DNA of 64,000 bases from the NCBI GenBank assembly GCA_023245355.1, contig JAHFKN010000002.1:136460-200459 (forward strand). The letters run 5' to 3'. Shown here one piece after another: positions 27,414 to 37,260 of the stretch. The position numbers were made by a program, and so were the translations under genes. Below the pieces are notes generated by a model, which saw only the letters and a program-made list of their open reading frames with translations, was not told the DNA's origin and ran no database searches. This stretch comes from Candidatus Gottesmanbacteria bacterium (lineage in GTDB: Bacteria; Patescibacteriota; Microgenomatia; UBA10105; UBA927). The number at the start of each line of letters is the position of its first letter. Position 1 is the stretch's first letter.

Positions 27414-29636
27414 ATGGACTGGAACCTGCTCATATTATTATTCGGTGTACTCGCCAACAATATCCTTGGTTTGGTAGTGGCGCTTCGGAATCCCAAATCC
27501 GTTACGCATACCATGTTTTTTCTGCTGAGCGTCGATATCGCCATATGGTCCGTCGCAAATTATATTGCTATCAGCACCACCGACTTACTTGTCGCATTAT
27601 ACTGGACACGGATTGTCATGGCGCTTGCCGTGCCGCAGGCGATTTTATTTTTTTTGCTGCTCCATACGATCCCTTCTAAGCAGCTGTCACTGCCGGGTTG
27701 GATACTGGTTCCGCTTGTCTTAACCGGTCTTCTCGTGATGGGAATAAGCGTCAGTCCGTATTTGTTTACGTCGATTATTTTTGTTAACGGCGCACCGTCT
27801 CCCACGCCCGGTCCTGCCATGCCGCTGTTTGTCCTGGTTGCGGTGGGGTCGCTGATTGCGGGTGTTGTGACATTATGGAAACGGTTACGGGCCGCAAACG
27901 GGGTGTTACGGGTACAGCTGCAGATTATCGGCGTCGGCATCGTGCTCATGTTCGCGCTTATTTTCCTTTTCAACTTTATTTTTGTTGTCGTATTCAGTAA
28001 TTCTGCGTATGTGTCCGCAAGCCCGCTGTATACGCTTCCGTTTGTCGCGGCAACGGCGTATGCGATTATAAAACATAAATTTCTTGATATCAGACTTATT
28101 ATCGCCCGTGCGGTTTCGTATACGGTTGTCGTGTCGCTGTTTGCTATCATCTATGCCCTGCTGTTTGCACTGACGTCTTCTTTTCTCATATCGCCGCTCG
28201 TCGATCCCAAATTTATCGCCATATCGACTGCGGCTGCCATGCTGATGCTTGTCACATTTCCGTTCGTCAAACGCAGCATAGAAAAACTGACTGACGCGGT
28301 ATTTTATAAGGATAGATACGATACGTCCGCCGTGTTGTACCATATCGCGCAGATTATGGCCCGTACGCTCCGGCTTGAGGAGTTGGCGCATCAGTTAGTA
28401 GTGAGCATGAACCGGGAATTTCAGACGGAACACGCCAGCATCATGCTGATTAACCACGGAAAAATCGTTTCTATGTATACGGACGGATACACACAACCCC
28501 CCGAAGTGCAGGAACACACCGCGTCATATATTTCGGCATTCGGAAAAGTGCGGTTGCGCGACGATGAAAAAGATCCGCAGATTGCCGCATTTTTCGCGTC
28601 TCTGGACGCGTCGATTATTCTTCCGCTTGAGACGGGACAGCATGTTATCGGGTTGCTGTGCATCGGACATAAACGGTCCGGTGAACTGTTCAGTGACGAG
28701 GACATAAGCACGATGGAAATTATCGCATCAGAAGCGGCAGTAGCGATGGAAAATTCGCTGTCCTATGAGGAAATCCGGCGGTTTAATATAACGCTGGAGG
28801 ATGAAGTCAGGAACGCAACGGAGGATTTGCGACATGCAAATGAAAAGCTGGAACAGCTCGATAAACTCAAAGATGAGTTTGTATCATTGGCATCTCATGA
28901 ATTGCGGACTCCGCTCACATCGATCCGGTCGTATTTGTGGATGGCATTGTCGGGCACAGGGGGCGCGTTATCCGAAAAGCAGAAATATTATCTGGACCGT
29001 TCGTACATATCAACCGAGCGGCTGATCAAGCTGGTAAATGACATGCTCAATATTTCAAGAATAGAATCCGGGCGTTTGGCAGTGCAGTTTTCGAGGATCG
29101 ATGTCGCATCACTTATAAAAGACGTGTTGGCCGAGGTGCAGCCGAAAATTGATGAGCAGGGACTCACGTGTAAAGTGCTGCTGCCCGCTCAACAAATTTC
29201 AGATGTTATCGCGGATACTGATAAGATAAAAGAGGTCATGATCAATCTGTTGGGAAATGCGGTAAAGTTCACTCCCCGCGAAGGGACGATCACAGTTACT
29301 GCTTCCGAAATACGGGATCAGATAAAGATATCCGTGTCCGATACCGGCACGGGATTTAATCCGAGCGACGGGGCGAAACTGTTTATGAAATTCAGTACAT
29401 TACACGCGGCTCCTGTCGGGCGTTCGCAGGGATTTCAAAGTACGGGATTGGGGTTATATATCAGTAAGTCGATTATTGCCATGCACGGCGGGGTTATGGA
29501 GGCGGTGTCCCCGGGAGAGGGTAAGGGAGCAACGTTCAGTTTTACCCTGCCGATGTATACCGCAGCAAAACGCGAGATGATGCAGCGGAAATACTCAGCA
29601 GACGGGCTGGCAATTATTCACAGTTCCATACAATAA
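27414..29636 (+). CDS. sensor histidine kinase (multi-TM, GAF-like, HisKA, HATPase)
   Basis: About 7 N-terminal TM helices, H-box SHELRTPL, N-box NLLGNAVKF, G-boxes DTGTGF and GLGLYISK. Confidence 0.8.
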   Translation: MDWNLLILLFGVLANNILGLVVALRNPKSVTHTMFFLLSVDIAIWSVANYIAISTTDLLVALYWTRIVMALAVPQAILFFLLLHTIPSKQLSLPGWILVPLVLTGLLVMGISVSPYLFTSIIFVNGAPSPTPGPAMPLFVLVAVGSLIAGVVTLWKRLRAANGVLRVQLQIIGVGIVLMFALIFLFNFIFVVVFSNSAYVSASPLYTLPFVAATAYAIIKHKFLDIRLIIARAVSYTVVVSLFAIIYALLFALTSSFLISPLVDPKFIAISTAAAMLMLVTFPFVKRSIEKLTDAVFYKDRYDTSAVLYHIAQIMARTLRLEELAHQLVVSMNREFQTEHASIMLINHGKIVSMYTDGYTQPPEVQEHTASYISAFGKVRLRDDEKDPQIAAFFASLDASIILPLETGQHVIGLLCIGHKRSGELFSDEDISTMEIIASEAAVAMENSLSYEEIRRFNITLEDEVRNATEDLRHANEKLEQLDKLKDEFVSLASHELRTPLTSIRSYLWMALSGTGGALSEKQKYYLDRSYISTERLIKLVNDMLNISRIESGRLAVQFSRIDVASLIKDVLAEVQPKIDEQGLTCKVLLPAQQISDVIADTDKIKEVMINLLGNAVKFTPREGTITVTASEIRDQIKISVSDTGTGFNPSDGAKLFMKFSTLHAAPVGRSQGFQSTGLGLYISKSIIAMHGGVMEAVSPGEGKGATFSFTLPMYTAAKREMMQRKYSADGLAIIHSSIQ

Positions 29637-29637
29637 T

Positions 29638-30147
29638 ATGCATACCGGAATATATTCTGATCGTGTTGATTCCTCCGCGCGCGGATTTACCCTTGTTGAG
29701 GTTGTGATTGCCGGCGCGCTTATGAGCGCTATGTTTTTATTATCGACGCAGTCGTTATTTCACGGAAAACGAAGTGCGTCACTCGATCAGACGGCAAGCG
29801 GTGTGGTTATGGATTTGCGTGAGCAGCAAATCCGCGCAATGCAGGGAACAGTGCCCACTCCGGGATCCGTCGTCGATTATTCCGTACGGTTTGAATCGGA
29901 TCGGTATATTCTGTATCCGGGCTCGGTTTATGACAGCACGAGTACCCAAAATAAGGTTATGCTCCTTGATCCTTCCATGCAGTTTACCGGCATCACATTC
30001 CCCGGAAATACCATTACATTTGCCCGGGGAAGCGGGGTCGTCAGAGGATACATTCCCGGTTCGAACACGGTGATTCTCACTGAAACAGGATTAGGAAAAG
30101 CATCGACGCTTGAGATAAATGAAGCGGGGGTTATTTTTGTTCGGTGA
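29638..30147 (+). CDS. prepilin-type N-terminal cleavage/methylation domain protein (minor pilin)
   Basis: SARG-FTLVEVVIAGALM class III signal peptide. Confidence 0.7.
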   Translation: MHTGIYSDRVDSSARGFTLVEVVIAGALMSAMFLLSTQSLFHGKRSASLDQTASGVVMDLREQQIRAMQGTVPTPGSVVDYSVRFESDRYILYPGSVYDSTSTQNKVMLLDPSMQFTGITFPGNTITFARGSGVVRGYIPGSNTVILTETGLGKASTLEINEAGVIFVR

Positions 30148-32159
30148 TATCTATGATACGCATTAATCATCAGCGCGGGCAAACAATCATTGAGCTGCTT
30201 TTGGCGATGGGATTTTCCCTGGTGTTTTTCCCGGCGCTTTTTACCATGTTTTACGTATCGCGCGAAGGAAAAGCACAGCAGATCGAACGGACGACGGCCG
30301 TGCCGTTGCTGATCGAAGCACAGGAGGCACTGCGCAATATCCGTGAGGCAGGATGGACGCAGATTGCCTCATATAATAACAATGTCGTATATCACCCGTC
30401 GCTTACCGGGACGCAATGGTCGTTAGCTGCAGGCGCTGAATCTGTCGGCAGGTTTACCAGGAGTGTCGAATTCTCTCAGGTGCTGCGGGATCAAAACGGC
30501 GCCATCGTACCTTCGGGCGGCACAGCAGATCCGTCAACCCGCAAAGCAACGGTCACCGTATCATGGCAAACGCCGCTGCCTACGTCGGTCACGGCTGTCG
30601 TGTATCTTACGCGGCATACGAATCTGGTAGTTACGGATACGACGGAAGCTCAATTCCTCCTGGGAGATACGACTGCGCACACAAAAGTGATCGCATTGGC
30701 CGGCGGGGAAGTGGTATTGGGTTCTACGGGCGGATTCGGTGACTGGTGTCAGCCGTCGCTTACTATCGCTACGGTTGATTTGCCCAAAAGCGGAGTGGCA
30801 AATGCCATAGGAGCCATACAGGGAAAGCTCGCCGCCGGAACGGGAGAGAATGCGTCGGGTGTTTCATTTGCCAGTGTGCTGGTAACCAATCCTGATTTTC
30901 CGATAAATCCCACGGCTACGGTGTCAGGAACGTTTGACGGATATAAAACAAACGACGTATTTACGGAGTCAGATCATGCGTATCTTGCGACTGATACGAA
31001 CATTAAGGAAGTTGAAATAATTTCGCTGGCCGGCACGGACAGTAATGGTAAATACAGCGAAGCCGGTTATTTTAATGCGCCCGGCAACGGAAATGCTGAG
31101 GGAGTCGTCACATCGGGTACTGTCGGGTATATGGTCGGAGGCACCAAGCTATATTCGTTTGATCTGTCATCCAAAACCGGTTCCCGGCCGATTTTAGATC
31201 CGGACGGCGTCACGTTGCCGGCCACAGGAAAGAAGTTGGTTGTCGTCGGTACGCGTGCGTTTATCACGACCAATAGCACTACTGCACAGCTGGTGATCGT
31301 CGACATAAGTAACCCGTCGGATCTTCGTATTATCGACCAGATCGGGTTGCCGGCACTGGGAGGAACGTCAATATACGTCAATGCGTCAGGAAGCAGGGCA
31401 TATATCACGACGGAACAATCGGCAAGCCAGCGGGAGTTTTTTATTATCAACACGGAGAGCGCCTCTTTGCAGTATAAGCAGGTGCTGGGATCCTATGATA
31501 CAAACGGCATGAATCCGAACGGTGTCATCGTGGTATCCGGTCCCCGGGCAATAGTTGTCGGTAAAGGAGCAGAAGAATATCAGGTTATAGATGTTACCAA
31601 TGAGAGCGCAAATCCGTTACCCCGCTGCGGAGGCATTCAGATTGATACGGGGGCAAACGGAATTGATACGGTGCTGGAACCGAATGGCAGGGCATATTCG
31701 TATGTTATAACGGGAGACGCGACAAGCGAGTTGAAAATCATAGAAGGCGGTCCGGGGGCAAATGGCCGGGATTATTTCTTATCGGGAACGTTCGATTCGC
31801 AGATTTTTGATGCGACGAACATTGCTACCGGAAGTACGGAAGCAGCATTCAACAGAATAAGCGCATCGATCGTGACGCCGTCTTCGCAGACAAGTGTGAA
31901 TCTTCAGTTTGCCGCAGCAGATCCCGTCGGAGGAAGTTGTACGAACGCCGCGTTTGTTTTTGTCGGTCCGGACGGGACGTCTAATACTTCCTACACGTCA
32001 TCGGACGGTACGACGATATCCGGGGTACTGCCGTTTTCCAATGATGGGGTGGGGTATGAAAATCCTGCACGGTGTTTCCGGTACCGGGCGCGTTTTGTTA
32101 CCCCTGATGCGACGCTTACTCCGATAGTTAATGATGTCAGTATTTCATTATCACCATGA
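30144..32159 (+). CDS. large prepilin-like protein (possible tip/adhesin pseudopilin)
   Basis: N-terminal GQTIIELLLAMGF prepilin motif followed by about 640 aa of Thr/Gly-rich beta-rich sequence. Confidence 0.6.
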   Translation: MISMIRINHQRGQTIIELLLAMGFSLVFFPALFTMFYVSREGKAQQIERTTAVPLLIEAQEALRNIREAGWTQIASYNNNVVYHPSLTGTQWSLAAGAESVGRFTRSVEFSQVLRDQNGAIVPSGGTADPSTRKATVTVSWQTPLPTSVTAVVYLTRHTNLVVTDTTEAQFLLGDTTAHTKVIALAGGEVVLGSTGGFGDWCQPSLTIATVDLPKSGVANAIGAIQGKLAAGTGENASGVSFASVLVTNPDFPINPTATVSGTFDGYKTNDVFTESDHAYLATDTNIKEVEIISLAGTDSNGKYSEAGYFNAPGNGNAEGVVTSGTVGYMVGGTKLYSFDLSSKTGSRPILDPDGVTLPATGKKLVVVGTRAFITTNSTTAQLVIVDISNPSDLRIIDQIGLPALGGTSIYVNASGSRAYITTEQSASQREFFIINTESASLQYKQVLGSYDTNGMNPNGVIVVSGPRAIVVGKGAEEYQVIDVTNESANPLPRCGGIQIDTGANGIDTVLEPNGRAYSYVITGDATSELKIIEGGPGANGRDYFLSGTFDSQIFDATNIATGSTEAAFNRISASIVTPSSQTSVNLQFAAADPVGGSCTNAAFVFVGPDGTSNTSYTSSDGTTISGVLPFSNDGVGYENPARCFRYRARFVTPDATLTPIVNDVSISLSP

Positions 32160-32653
32160 AAAAAAATCAGGGATTCTCACTCATTGAATTAATTATCTAT
32201 ATGGGGCTTACCGCCACATTGATTTCGGTGATGAGCCAGGTGTTTATTGCCACGCTTGGGTTGCGGTTGGAATCTGAAAACACGACCAGCGTGCAGCAGG
32301 ATGGGCGGTTTATTATGGCAAAAATTAACTACGATGTCCGCCGTGCTAAAACGATCGTATCTCCTTTGTGGGGTGAAGCAAGTTCGTCTATGACGCTTAT
32401 TATTCCTGAATTGGGGTCAGATCATACGTATCAGTATGCATGGAGCGGAAATACATTGACACTGACCGACGGAGCGAACGCATCGTTGTTAAACAGCGAC
32501 CGCACGGTTATTACGAATTTTTCCGTGACACATGTGGGGCAGAGTGCAACTGCAGCCGGCATGATATCGCTATCTTTGGGGTTATCGGGAAATACACAGG
32601 TGACATCAGGGCAGCAGTCACTGGATTTACACAGCACGGTAGGCCAACGATAA
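32156..32653 (+). CDS. prepilin-like minor pilin
   Basis: KNQGFSLIELIIYMGLTATL class III signal. Confidence 0.65.
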   Translation: MKKNQGFSLIELIIYMGLTATLISVMSQVFIATLGLRLESENTTSVQQDGRFIMAKINYDVRRAKTIVSPLWGEASSSMTLIIPELGSDHTYQYAWSGNTLTLTDGANASLLNSDRTVITNFSVTHVGQSATAAGMISLSLGLSGNTQVTSGQQSLDLHSTVGQR

Positions 32654-32654
32654 T

Positions 32655-33047
32655 ATGAAACGAAACGATACGCACTATATGTCCGGTCAGGTGCTGATTG
32701 CCATGCTCTACATTATGGTGATCGGCATATTGATTACGACGGGAGCCGTCTATGCACTGATCAGTAATACGCAGTCAACGACAGCGTATGAGGCGGGTTC
32801 ACTTGCGGGCGCGGCCGCAGAAAGCGGAATAGAAAACGCGCTGCTTCGGTATATCCGTAACCCGGCATATACCGGGGAGACGCTTGTGTTGGACGGAGGA
32901 CAGTCAGCCACGATTACCGTAAGTACGGCTTCCGGCGTCACGATCGTCTCCTCAGGAGCGTACGGGAAGGCGCTCAAACAAGTTGAAGTAAAAGTACATT
33001 ATAATGGAAGTACGCTTATGATTGATTCCTGGAAAGATCTTCCGTAA
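32655..33047 (+). CDS. PilX-like minor pilin (no canonical G-F cleavage motif)
   Basis: N-terminal hydrophobic helix SGQVLIAMLYIMVIGILI in pilus-locus context. Confidence 0.45.
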   Translation: MKRNDTHYMSGQVLIAMLYIMVIGILITTGAVYALISNTQSTTAYEAGSLAGAAAESGIENALLRYIRNPAYTGETLVLDGGQSATITVSTASGVTIVSSGAYGKALKQVEVKVHYNGSTLMIDSWKDLP

Positions 33048-33058
33048 GCTATAATACT

Positions 33059-33721
33059 ATGTCTGCCCTGGCTGTTTTACGATCAGAAGCGCTGTATCTT
33101 TATTACCCGGACCATACTACCCCAATCGGGGGTACGTTACCGAAGATTGCTGTATCGGACATGGAGGTATTGAGCGAAGAGGCGCTGACAATATCCGTAG
33201 CAAAATTTATTCCGGTTATTCCGCATGCGCCCGTTCCTACTGTTTTAGTATTAAGCGACGAACTTTGTTTTACCCAGCCGTTTAAAGAGGGAGACAAAGA
33301 AGACGCAGAAAAAGCCCTGGTAGCGCTTACGCCGTTTACCCATGTTGCGACAGCATCACTGACCGTGCAGAACCAACGGTATTTTATCGCCACGAATCAG
33401 GATTATTATGAGGCAGTTGTCCGTTCTCTTGCCGCACGGGGCCATCAGGTGACACTCGTTGTTCCGTGGATATGTCTGGTCCGGTCCGGAATGACAAAAG
33501 GCGAACTGGACATGGTGACGGTGAAGCGTGTATTCGACAATCTCTCCTCATTGAGGATGTGTATATTTCCGCTTGCGGTTGAAAACCGCGAAGCCCCCGT
33601 TTCATCCGCGTCCGTGCCGGAAAAGCCCAAGTCAAAACTTCCGATCGGGTGGATTATATTCGGAGTCGGAGCACTGGCCTACGGGTTTGTTATGTACTGG
33701 TTTTTTATCCGCGGAGCGTGA
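33059..33721 (+). CDS. hypothetical pilus-locus protein with C-terminal TM anchor
   Basis: 220 aa with a C-terminal TM helix (WIIFGVGALAYGFVMYWFF). Position matches the PilM/N/O-like assembly components. Confidence 0.45.
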   Translation: MSALAVLRSEALYLYYPDHTTPIGGTLPKIAVSDMEVLSEEALTISVAKFIPVIPHAPVPTVLVLSDELCFTQPFKEGDKEDAEKALVALTPFTHVATASLTVQNQRYFIATNQDYYEAVVRSLAARGHQVTLVVPWICLVRSGMTKGELDMVTVKRVFDNLSSLRMCIFPLAVENREAPVSSASVPEKPKSKLPIGWIIFGVGALAYGFVMYWFFIRGA

Positions 33722-33812
33722 GTCGTGGGCGTTCAGGCTTGACAAGCATGGGAATATTCCCATATGCTGATTATGAATGAATTTTCATGTCCTTAGGAGG
33801 GGACAGCTGCCT

Positions 33813-34271
33813 ATGAAATATAAAAAAGGATTTACGCTCATCGAGCTGCTAGTAGTTATCGGTATTCTTGCTATTTTGCTGGCAATCACATTGATTGCTA
33901 TTAATCCGGCGCGTCAGTTCGGACAGGCAAATAACACGAAGCGCCGAAGTGATGTGTTACAGGTGTTAAATGCGGTACATCAGTATGTTGCAGAAAATCA
34001 GGGACAACTTCCTGCAGAAGTAAGCGGGTTGGTTGCAGCAACGCCGACGTTGTTCAACTCAACGAATTTCCCGAACTTGTGCGGACAGTTGATGACGAAT
34101 TATTTGCCGGCCTTGCCGACGGATCCGTCGCTTAACCTGGCAAATATCACTGACTGTGCAGCAGTCGGAGGTTGGAATACCGGATATAACATATCCAGGG
34201 ACGCAGCGAACCGGGTGACGGTGAGCGCGCCTACAACCGATAATGCCGCGGTTATTTCGGTAACCAGGTAA
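33813..34271 (+). CDS. type IV pilin (major pilin-like)
   Basis: MKYKKG-FTLIELLVVIGILAILLAI is a textbook class III signal. RBS TAGGAGGGG. The track ORF starts 36 nt upstream. Confidence 0.8.
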   Translation: MKYKKGFTLIELLVVIGILAILLAITLIAINPARQFGQANNTKRRSDVLQVLNAVHQYVAENQGQLPAEVSGLVAATPTLFNSTNFPNLCGQLMTNYLPALPTDPSLNLANITDCAAVGGWNTGYNISRDAANRVTVSAPTTDNAAVISVTR

Positions 34272-34392
34272 CGAAACGCAATAGTAATAACCAAAAGCCC
34301 CGCGAAAGCGGGGTTTTTGGTGCAGTATAGGATTCTATCCCAGGGAAGAAGTGTCATGCAGGAAAGAGAAAGACGGCACTAAGGAGGACGTA

Positions 34393-36228
34393 TCAGGCGG
34401 TTGCAGATCCGCGGGCCGCTTTGACCCGGTTTACCTTGGAAAGGTGAATTTTGCGGAGCCGCAATGAAAGCGGCGTAATTTCCAGCAATTCGTCATCTTC
34501 GATAAAGTCCAATGCCTGTTCCAGGCTCATTTCGAGAGGCGGATCGAGTTGAATTGCCACATCGGCGTTTGCTGAATGGATATTGGTCAGGCGCTTGGAT
34601 TTACATACGTTCATGTCGATATCTTCGCTTCTGTTATTGATGCCGATAATCATACCCTCATATACAGGAACACCCGGGCCGATTAACGCCTTGCCCCGTT
34701 CCTGGACGGTTGTCAGCGCATACCCCGTTGATTTGCCGGTTTCGATAGAAATCAACACGCCGTTTCTTGCTTTTGCCTTTTTCGGCGTAAGAGGGAAGTA
34801 ACCGAGGATTCTGGTCGCGATAATGCCGCTGCCGCGCGTTTTGGTCATAATATCTCCCCGGAATCCCAGCAGGTTGCGGGTTGAAATTTTGTAGATCATT
34901 TTGGTGGTGCCGCGGTCGTTTGTGTGCGTATCGAGCATTTCTCCGTGCCGTTTGCCCATTTCCTCGGTGATAATGCCGATAAGACCCGAGTCGATATCAA
35001 TGGTCAGCTCTTCATACGGTTCGTGGGTGACGCCGTCGATTTGTTTGACGATAACTTCCGGTTTACCTACCTGGCACTCAAACCCTTCGCGCCGCATCGT
35101 TTCGAGCAGTACCGCAATATGCAGTTCTCCCCGGCCGGACACGAGAAACCCGTTACTTGTCGGGCTCGGTTCGATTTTGAGTCCGATATTCGTCTGAATT
35201 TCACGGGTGAGCCGGTCGGCAAGCTGTGTGGGGGTACCGAATTTCGATTCTTTGCCGGCAAACGGCGATGTATTCGGGCCGACAAGCACTTTGAGCGTCG
35301 GTTCCTCTATCTGCATGGTCGGATAGCCTGTCGGATCAGAGGGATCGGATAGCGTTTGGCCAATCGACATTTCGTTGCTTCCGGTAATTGCAATAATATC
35401 TCCCGTTTCTCCCGTTTCTGCGTGGATGCGTTTTAATCCTTCGCTTGTGAATACGTTTTCGACACGGAACGTGCCGCGGGCGGTATTTTCATCCAGCACA
35501 AGCAGGGTGTCTCCCTTTTTTACCAGCCCCTGGCTGACTTTGCCGATGGCGAATTTTCCTTTATGACTATCAAAGTCCAGTGTCGTAACCAGCATTTTAA
35601 ACGGTTTTGCGGAATCGCCTGTGGGAGAGGGTACGTGCGTGACAATTGCATCAAATAACGGCTGAAGATTGGCAGGTTCCTCGAACGAATCCGGAAAATG
35701 ATCCCATGCTTTTTCTTCCCGTCCGACGGCATACAGAACAGGGAAGTTCAAATGTGCCTCATGGTGGGCCAGGTGCAGGAAGAGTTCTTCGATTTCATGG
35801 AGGACTTCTTTCGGCCGCGCGTCTTTCCGGTCAATCTTGTTGATAACGACGATAACGGTAAGGTTATGTTCCAGTGCTTTCTGCAGCACGAAATGCGTTT
35901 GGGGCAGCGGACCTTCTGCCGCATCAACAATCAGCAATGCGCCGTCGGCCATGTTTATGACGCGCTCTACCTCTCCGGAAAAGTCTGCATGTCCGGGAGT
36001 GTCTATGATATTAATTTTGGTCGTGTGATAGAGGACGGATGTATTTTTCGCAAGAATGGTAATTCCCTTTTCGCGTTCCAGATCGTTACTGTCGAGGATT
36101 GTGGTTGCGGTCATTTCAGCCTGGTTCTCGCGGAACGTATGTGTTTGTTTCAGCATACCGTCCACGAGCGTTGTTTTGCCGTGATCCACGTGCGCGATAA
36201 TCGCAATATTTCGGATGTCCTTTTGCAT
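34393..36228 (-). CDS. typA: translational GTPase TypA/BipA
   Basis: G1 AHVDHGKTTL and G3 DTPGHADF with TypA-specific C-terminal domains. Start set at MQKDIRNIAII. Confidence 0.9.
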   Translation of the reverse strand: MQKDIRNIAIIAHVDHGKTTLVDGMLKQTHTFRENQAEMTATTILDSNDLEREKGITILAKNTSVLYHTTKINIIDTPGHADFSGEVERVINMADGALLIVDAAEGPLPQTHFVLQKALEHNLTVIVVINKIDRKDARPKEVLHEIEELFLHLAHHEAHLNFPVLYAVGREEKAWDHFPDSFEEPANLQPLFDAIVTHVPSPTGDSAKPFKMLVTTLDFDSHKGKFAIGKVSQGLVKKGDTLLVLDENTARGTFRVENVFTSEGLKRIHAETGETGDIIAITGSNEMSIGQTLSDPSDPTGYPTMQIEEPTLKVLVGPNTSPFAGKESKFGTPTQLADRLTREIQTNIGLKIEPSPTSNGFLVSGRGELHIAVLLETMRREGFECQVGKPEVIVKQIDGVTHEPYEELTIDIDSGLIGIITEEMGKRHGEMLDTHTNDRGTTKMIYKISTRNLLGFRGDIMTKTRGSGIIATRILGYFPLTPKKAKARNGVLISIETGKSTGYALTTVQERGKALIGPGVPVYEGMIIGINNRSEDIDMNVCKSKRLTNIHSANADVAIQLDPPLEMSLEQALDFIEDDELLEITPLSLRLRKIHLSKVNRVKAARGSATA

Positions 36229-36326
36229 AGTCGGAGTTCGAAAACGGGGGTGATTGGGCAAGGATACAGAAAGCTACCTACCTACACAGCCATTGACGAT
36301 ACGCGCTAGTATATCAGTTTTAGGGG

Positions 36327-37157
36327 TTACTCTGCAACTTTTGCGGCCTCAGGTTTCTCTTTTTTGAGGAATACCCACCATGTCATAAATATGACATATG
36401 CGCCGTACATGAGGATCTGTGCTATATCCATCGTTTGTGTAATGCCAAAAACGGCTTTTATCATGTCGCCTGCAACTGTCGCTTTCGCAGGGATAAACGA
36501 AAGGGTAATCTTGGTCAGTTCCGGCACTACTCCTGCCTCTGCAAATTCATGTATACCCCTGGCAAACAGACCGGCTGCAAAGAGAATAAGCAGCGCACTT
36601 GTCGCGCGGAACGCATAACGAACCGGAAGTCTGAGGGTTGCCGCGAACAGTCCGAGTGAAAGAAGCAGGCCGCCAAAAAGTCCGCCGGTAAATCCCAATA
36701 ATATTTCTCCGGGATCGGATGAAAAAACGATAGTCGACAAAAAAAGTACGATTTCAAATCCTTCACGGAACACAGCGGTGAAGGTGAGCCAAAACAGCCC
36801 CCTTTGTTCCTCTTGTTCCAGTGTTTTGCGGATTGTTACCAACAAATGCGTCTTGTAGCGGGCAAAATATGTATGGAGGAAAAATACTGCCCAGGTGATA
36901 AATATTGCCGACGTTGCCATAAGCATTCCTTCGATAAATTCTTCTATTTTTCCCGAGTACACATGTTGTATTGTCACTCCGAACATACTTGCAGCAGCAA
37001 GAAGTACCATGCTGACTATTGCAGCAAAAGCCGTCGCCATCCAAACGGTCCGGATACCCTTTTTCTGGTGTAGCTTTGTGAGAATTCCTAATATGGTAGC
37101 TACGATAAGGGAAGCCTCGATGACTTCACGCAGCGTAATAAGAAAAGATGCAACCAT
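36327..37157 (-). CDS. FTR1/EfeU family iron permease
   Basis: Two RExxE motifs (TLREVIEAS and FREGFEIVLF) in a 7-TM protein. Confidence 0.75.
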   Translation of the reverse strand: MVASFLITLREVIEASLIVATILGILTKLHQKKGIRTVWMATAFAAIVSMVLLAAASMFGVTIQHVYSGKIEEFIEGMLMATSAIFITWAVFFLHTYFARYKTHLLVTIRKTLEQEEQRGLFWLTFTAVFREGFEIVLFLSTIVFSSDPGEILLGFTGGLFGGLLLSLGLFAATLRLPVRYAFRATSALLILFAAGLFARGIHEFAEAGVVPELTKITLSFIPAKATVAGDMIKAVFGITQTMDIAQILMYGAYVIFMTWWVFLKKEKPEAAKVAE

Positions 37158-37260
37158 AATGGTCTTCCTTCAAGCATAAAAAAACGACCCCTTACCGTAA
37201 AGGCCGTTTATCGTAGCTAATTGAGGACGGGAGCTATCCTCAGCGCTATGTGCTCCCTTT

